A stretch of DNA of 61,633 nucleotides, counting the filler, from Ionaspis alba (Eukaryota): the NCBI GenBank assembly GCA_964255285.1. It is 3 parts of 3 records of this genome, joined end to end, with 100 filler letters (N's around TTAATTAATTAA, not from the genome) between each part and the next. Parts side by side here need not be neighbours in the genome. Positions count along the whole stretch, not along the records: positions 41,210 to 61,633 come from CAXUUL010000246.1; 2 more parts are not named here. One strand, written 5' to 3'. How positions within the stretch are numbered: the stretch's first letter is position 1; each line of letters starts with the position of its first letter. Both the position numbers and the translations under genes were made by a program. The notes beneath the pieces are model-generated. The model was given only the letters and a program-made list of their open reading frames with translations. It made no database searches and was not told the DNA's origin. This document shows positions 60,930 to 61,633 of the stretch, piece after piece.

Positions 60930-61633
60930 TCAGGCAGTAGCAGTCTGCTGCATCGGGGTATCCATCATCTCGACCTCCACCTTCGGCATCTTCCCACCAG
61001 TCCCTGACAGATCCGTGGACGCAGCCTTGGGATTCTTGGTGTAGTAGTTCGAAATGGCCGATTTGATGGCATCTTCCGCTAACATCGAGCAGTGCACTGT
61101 GAGCCATCAGCATTCATCCACCTCTCTCCTTTGTGCGTCCTAGCAGCTCTATTACGACTCACACTTCACAGGAGGCAGGCACAGTTCCTTCGCAATCTCC
61201 GTGTTCCTGATCTTCCCGGCATCCTCCAAAGTCATGCCCCTCACCAGCTCCGTCAAGTAACTACTGCTAGCAATCGCGCTTCCACAGCCAAAAGTCTTGA
61301 ACTTGACATCACTGATAGTATTTGAGGCAGGGTCGACCCGAATCTGGAGTTTCATGACATCGCCACATGCTGGTGCGCCAACAAGGCCGGTCCCGACATC
61401 GGAGTCGGTTTTCAGCATTGATCCGACATTGCGAGGCTTGCTGTAGTGGTCGAGCAGTGGACCGAGATGTTAGCATGATAGATGAGGATGAGAGAGGCTG
61501 GCTGGACATATCTTTTTCGTGATAATTTCTCCGAGCATTTGATATTGATGGGAATGTCGCTGCAACTCTGGTCGGTCGGGTGGCGGTGGCCAGTAGTCTA
61601 CTCGCGCCGACTGGCGTAGGTATAATTCTTCGT
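60930..61633 (-). CDS. ISU1: Mitochondrial Fe-S cluster scaffold IscU/Isu1 (5' truncated by window edge)
   Basis: YHEK|VLDHYSKPRNVG, GLVGAPACGDVMKLQI, FKTFGCGSAIASSS and LCLPPVK|LHCSMLAEDAIK. Stop TGA at 60930. Confidence 0.96.
61457..61511 (-). other. Non-canonical AT-AC intron (55 nt) in ISU1
   Basis: Minus strand reads GAA AAA G|ATATGTCC...GCTAACATCTCGGTCCAC|TG CTC GAC CAC TAC. Removal restores EKVLDHY. Confidence 0.85.

Noticed and set aside
61457..61511. Reading the ISU1 AT-AC intron as a U12 minor-spliceosome intron
   Set aside because: The donor is ATATGT rather than ATATCCT and the branch point is GCTAAC rather than TCCTTAAC, so the signals are U2-type.

Overview
Gene-dense eukaryotic DNA from a filamentous ascomycete (Pezizomycotina). 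Introns are short GT-AG type with CTRAC branch points. The window is three contigs joined by artificial N44-TTAATTAATTAA-N44 spacers (20507-20606, 41110-41209), with two further N100 gaps whose flanks are duplicated. It holds about 30 protein-coding genes, mostly housekeeping: IRS4-like 3' end, ASE1, CSN5, MSE1, XDJ1-like DnaJ, RPL32, RluA-type pseudouridine synthase, DCP2, DUF4112, RCC1-like, MRPL3, La, NAM9, PPR, LSM4, a type I membrane protein, CYP505, HET-C2/GLTP, SPO71, VPS62, a TFIIIC subunit, sterol acyltransferase, an SR protein, a mitochondrial carrier, RPL18, UBP14 and ISU1. All family calls come from recognising motifs in the translations, not from database searches. No tRNA, rRNA or CRISPR feature was recognised. 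Most notable observations: (1) a 55-nt AT-AC intron with U2-type signals is needed to restore the conserved HEKVLDHY motif of ISU1; (2) a repeat-rich, probably Kex2-processed orphan protein has a C-terminal motif reminiscent of polymorphic-toxin nuclease domains; (3) a long hairpin lies in RPL18 intron 1; (4) the DnaJ start codon is split by an intron (A|TG); (5) an AT-rich RIP-like relic that retains CpG sits next to a GC-rich intronless F-box/LRR-like orphan.
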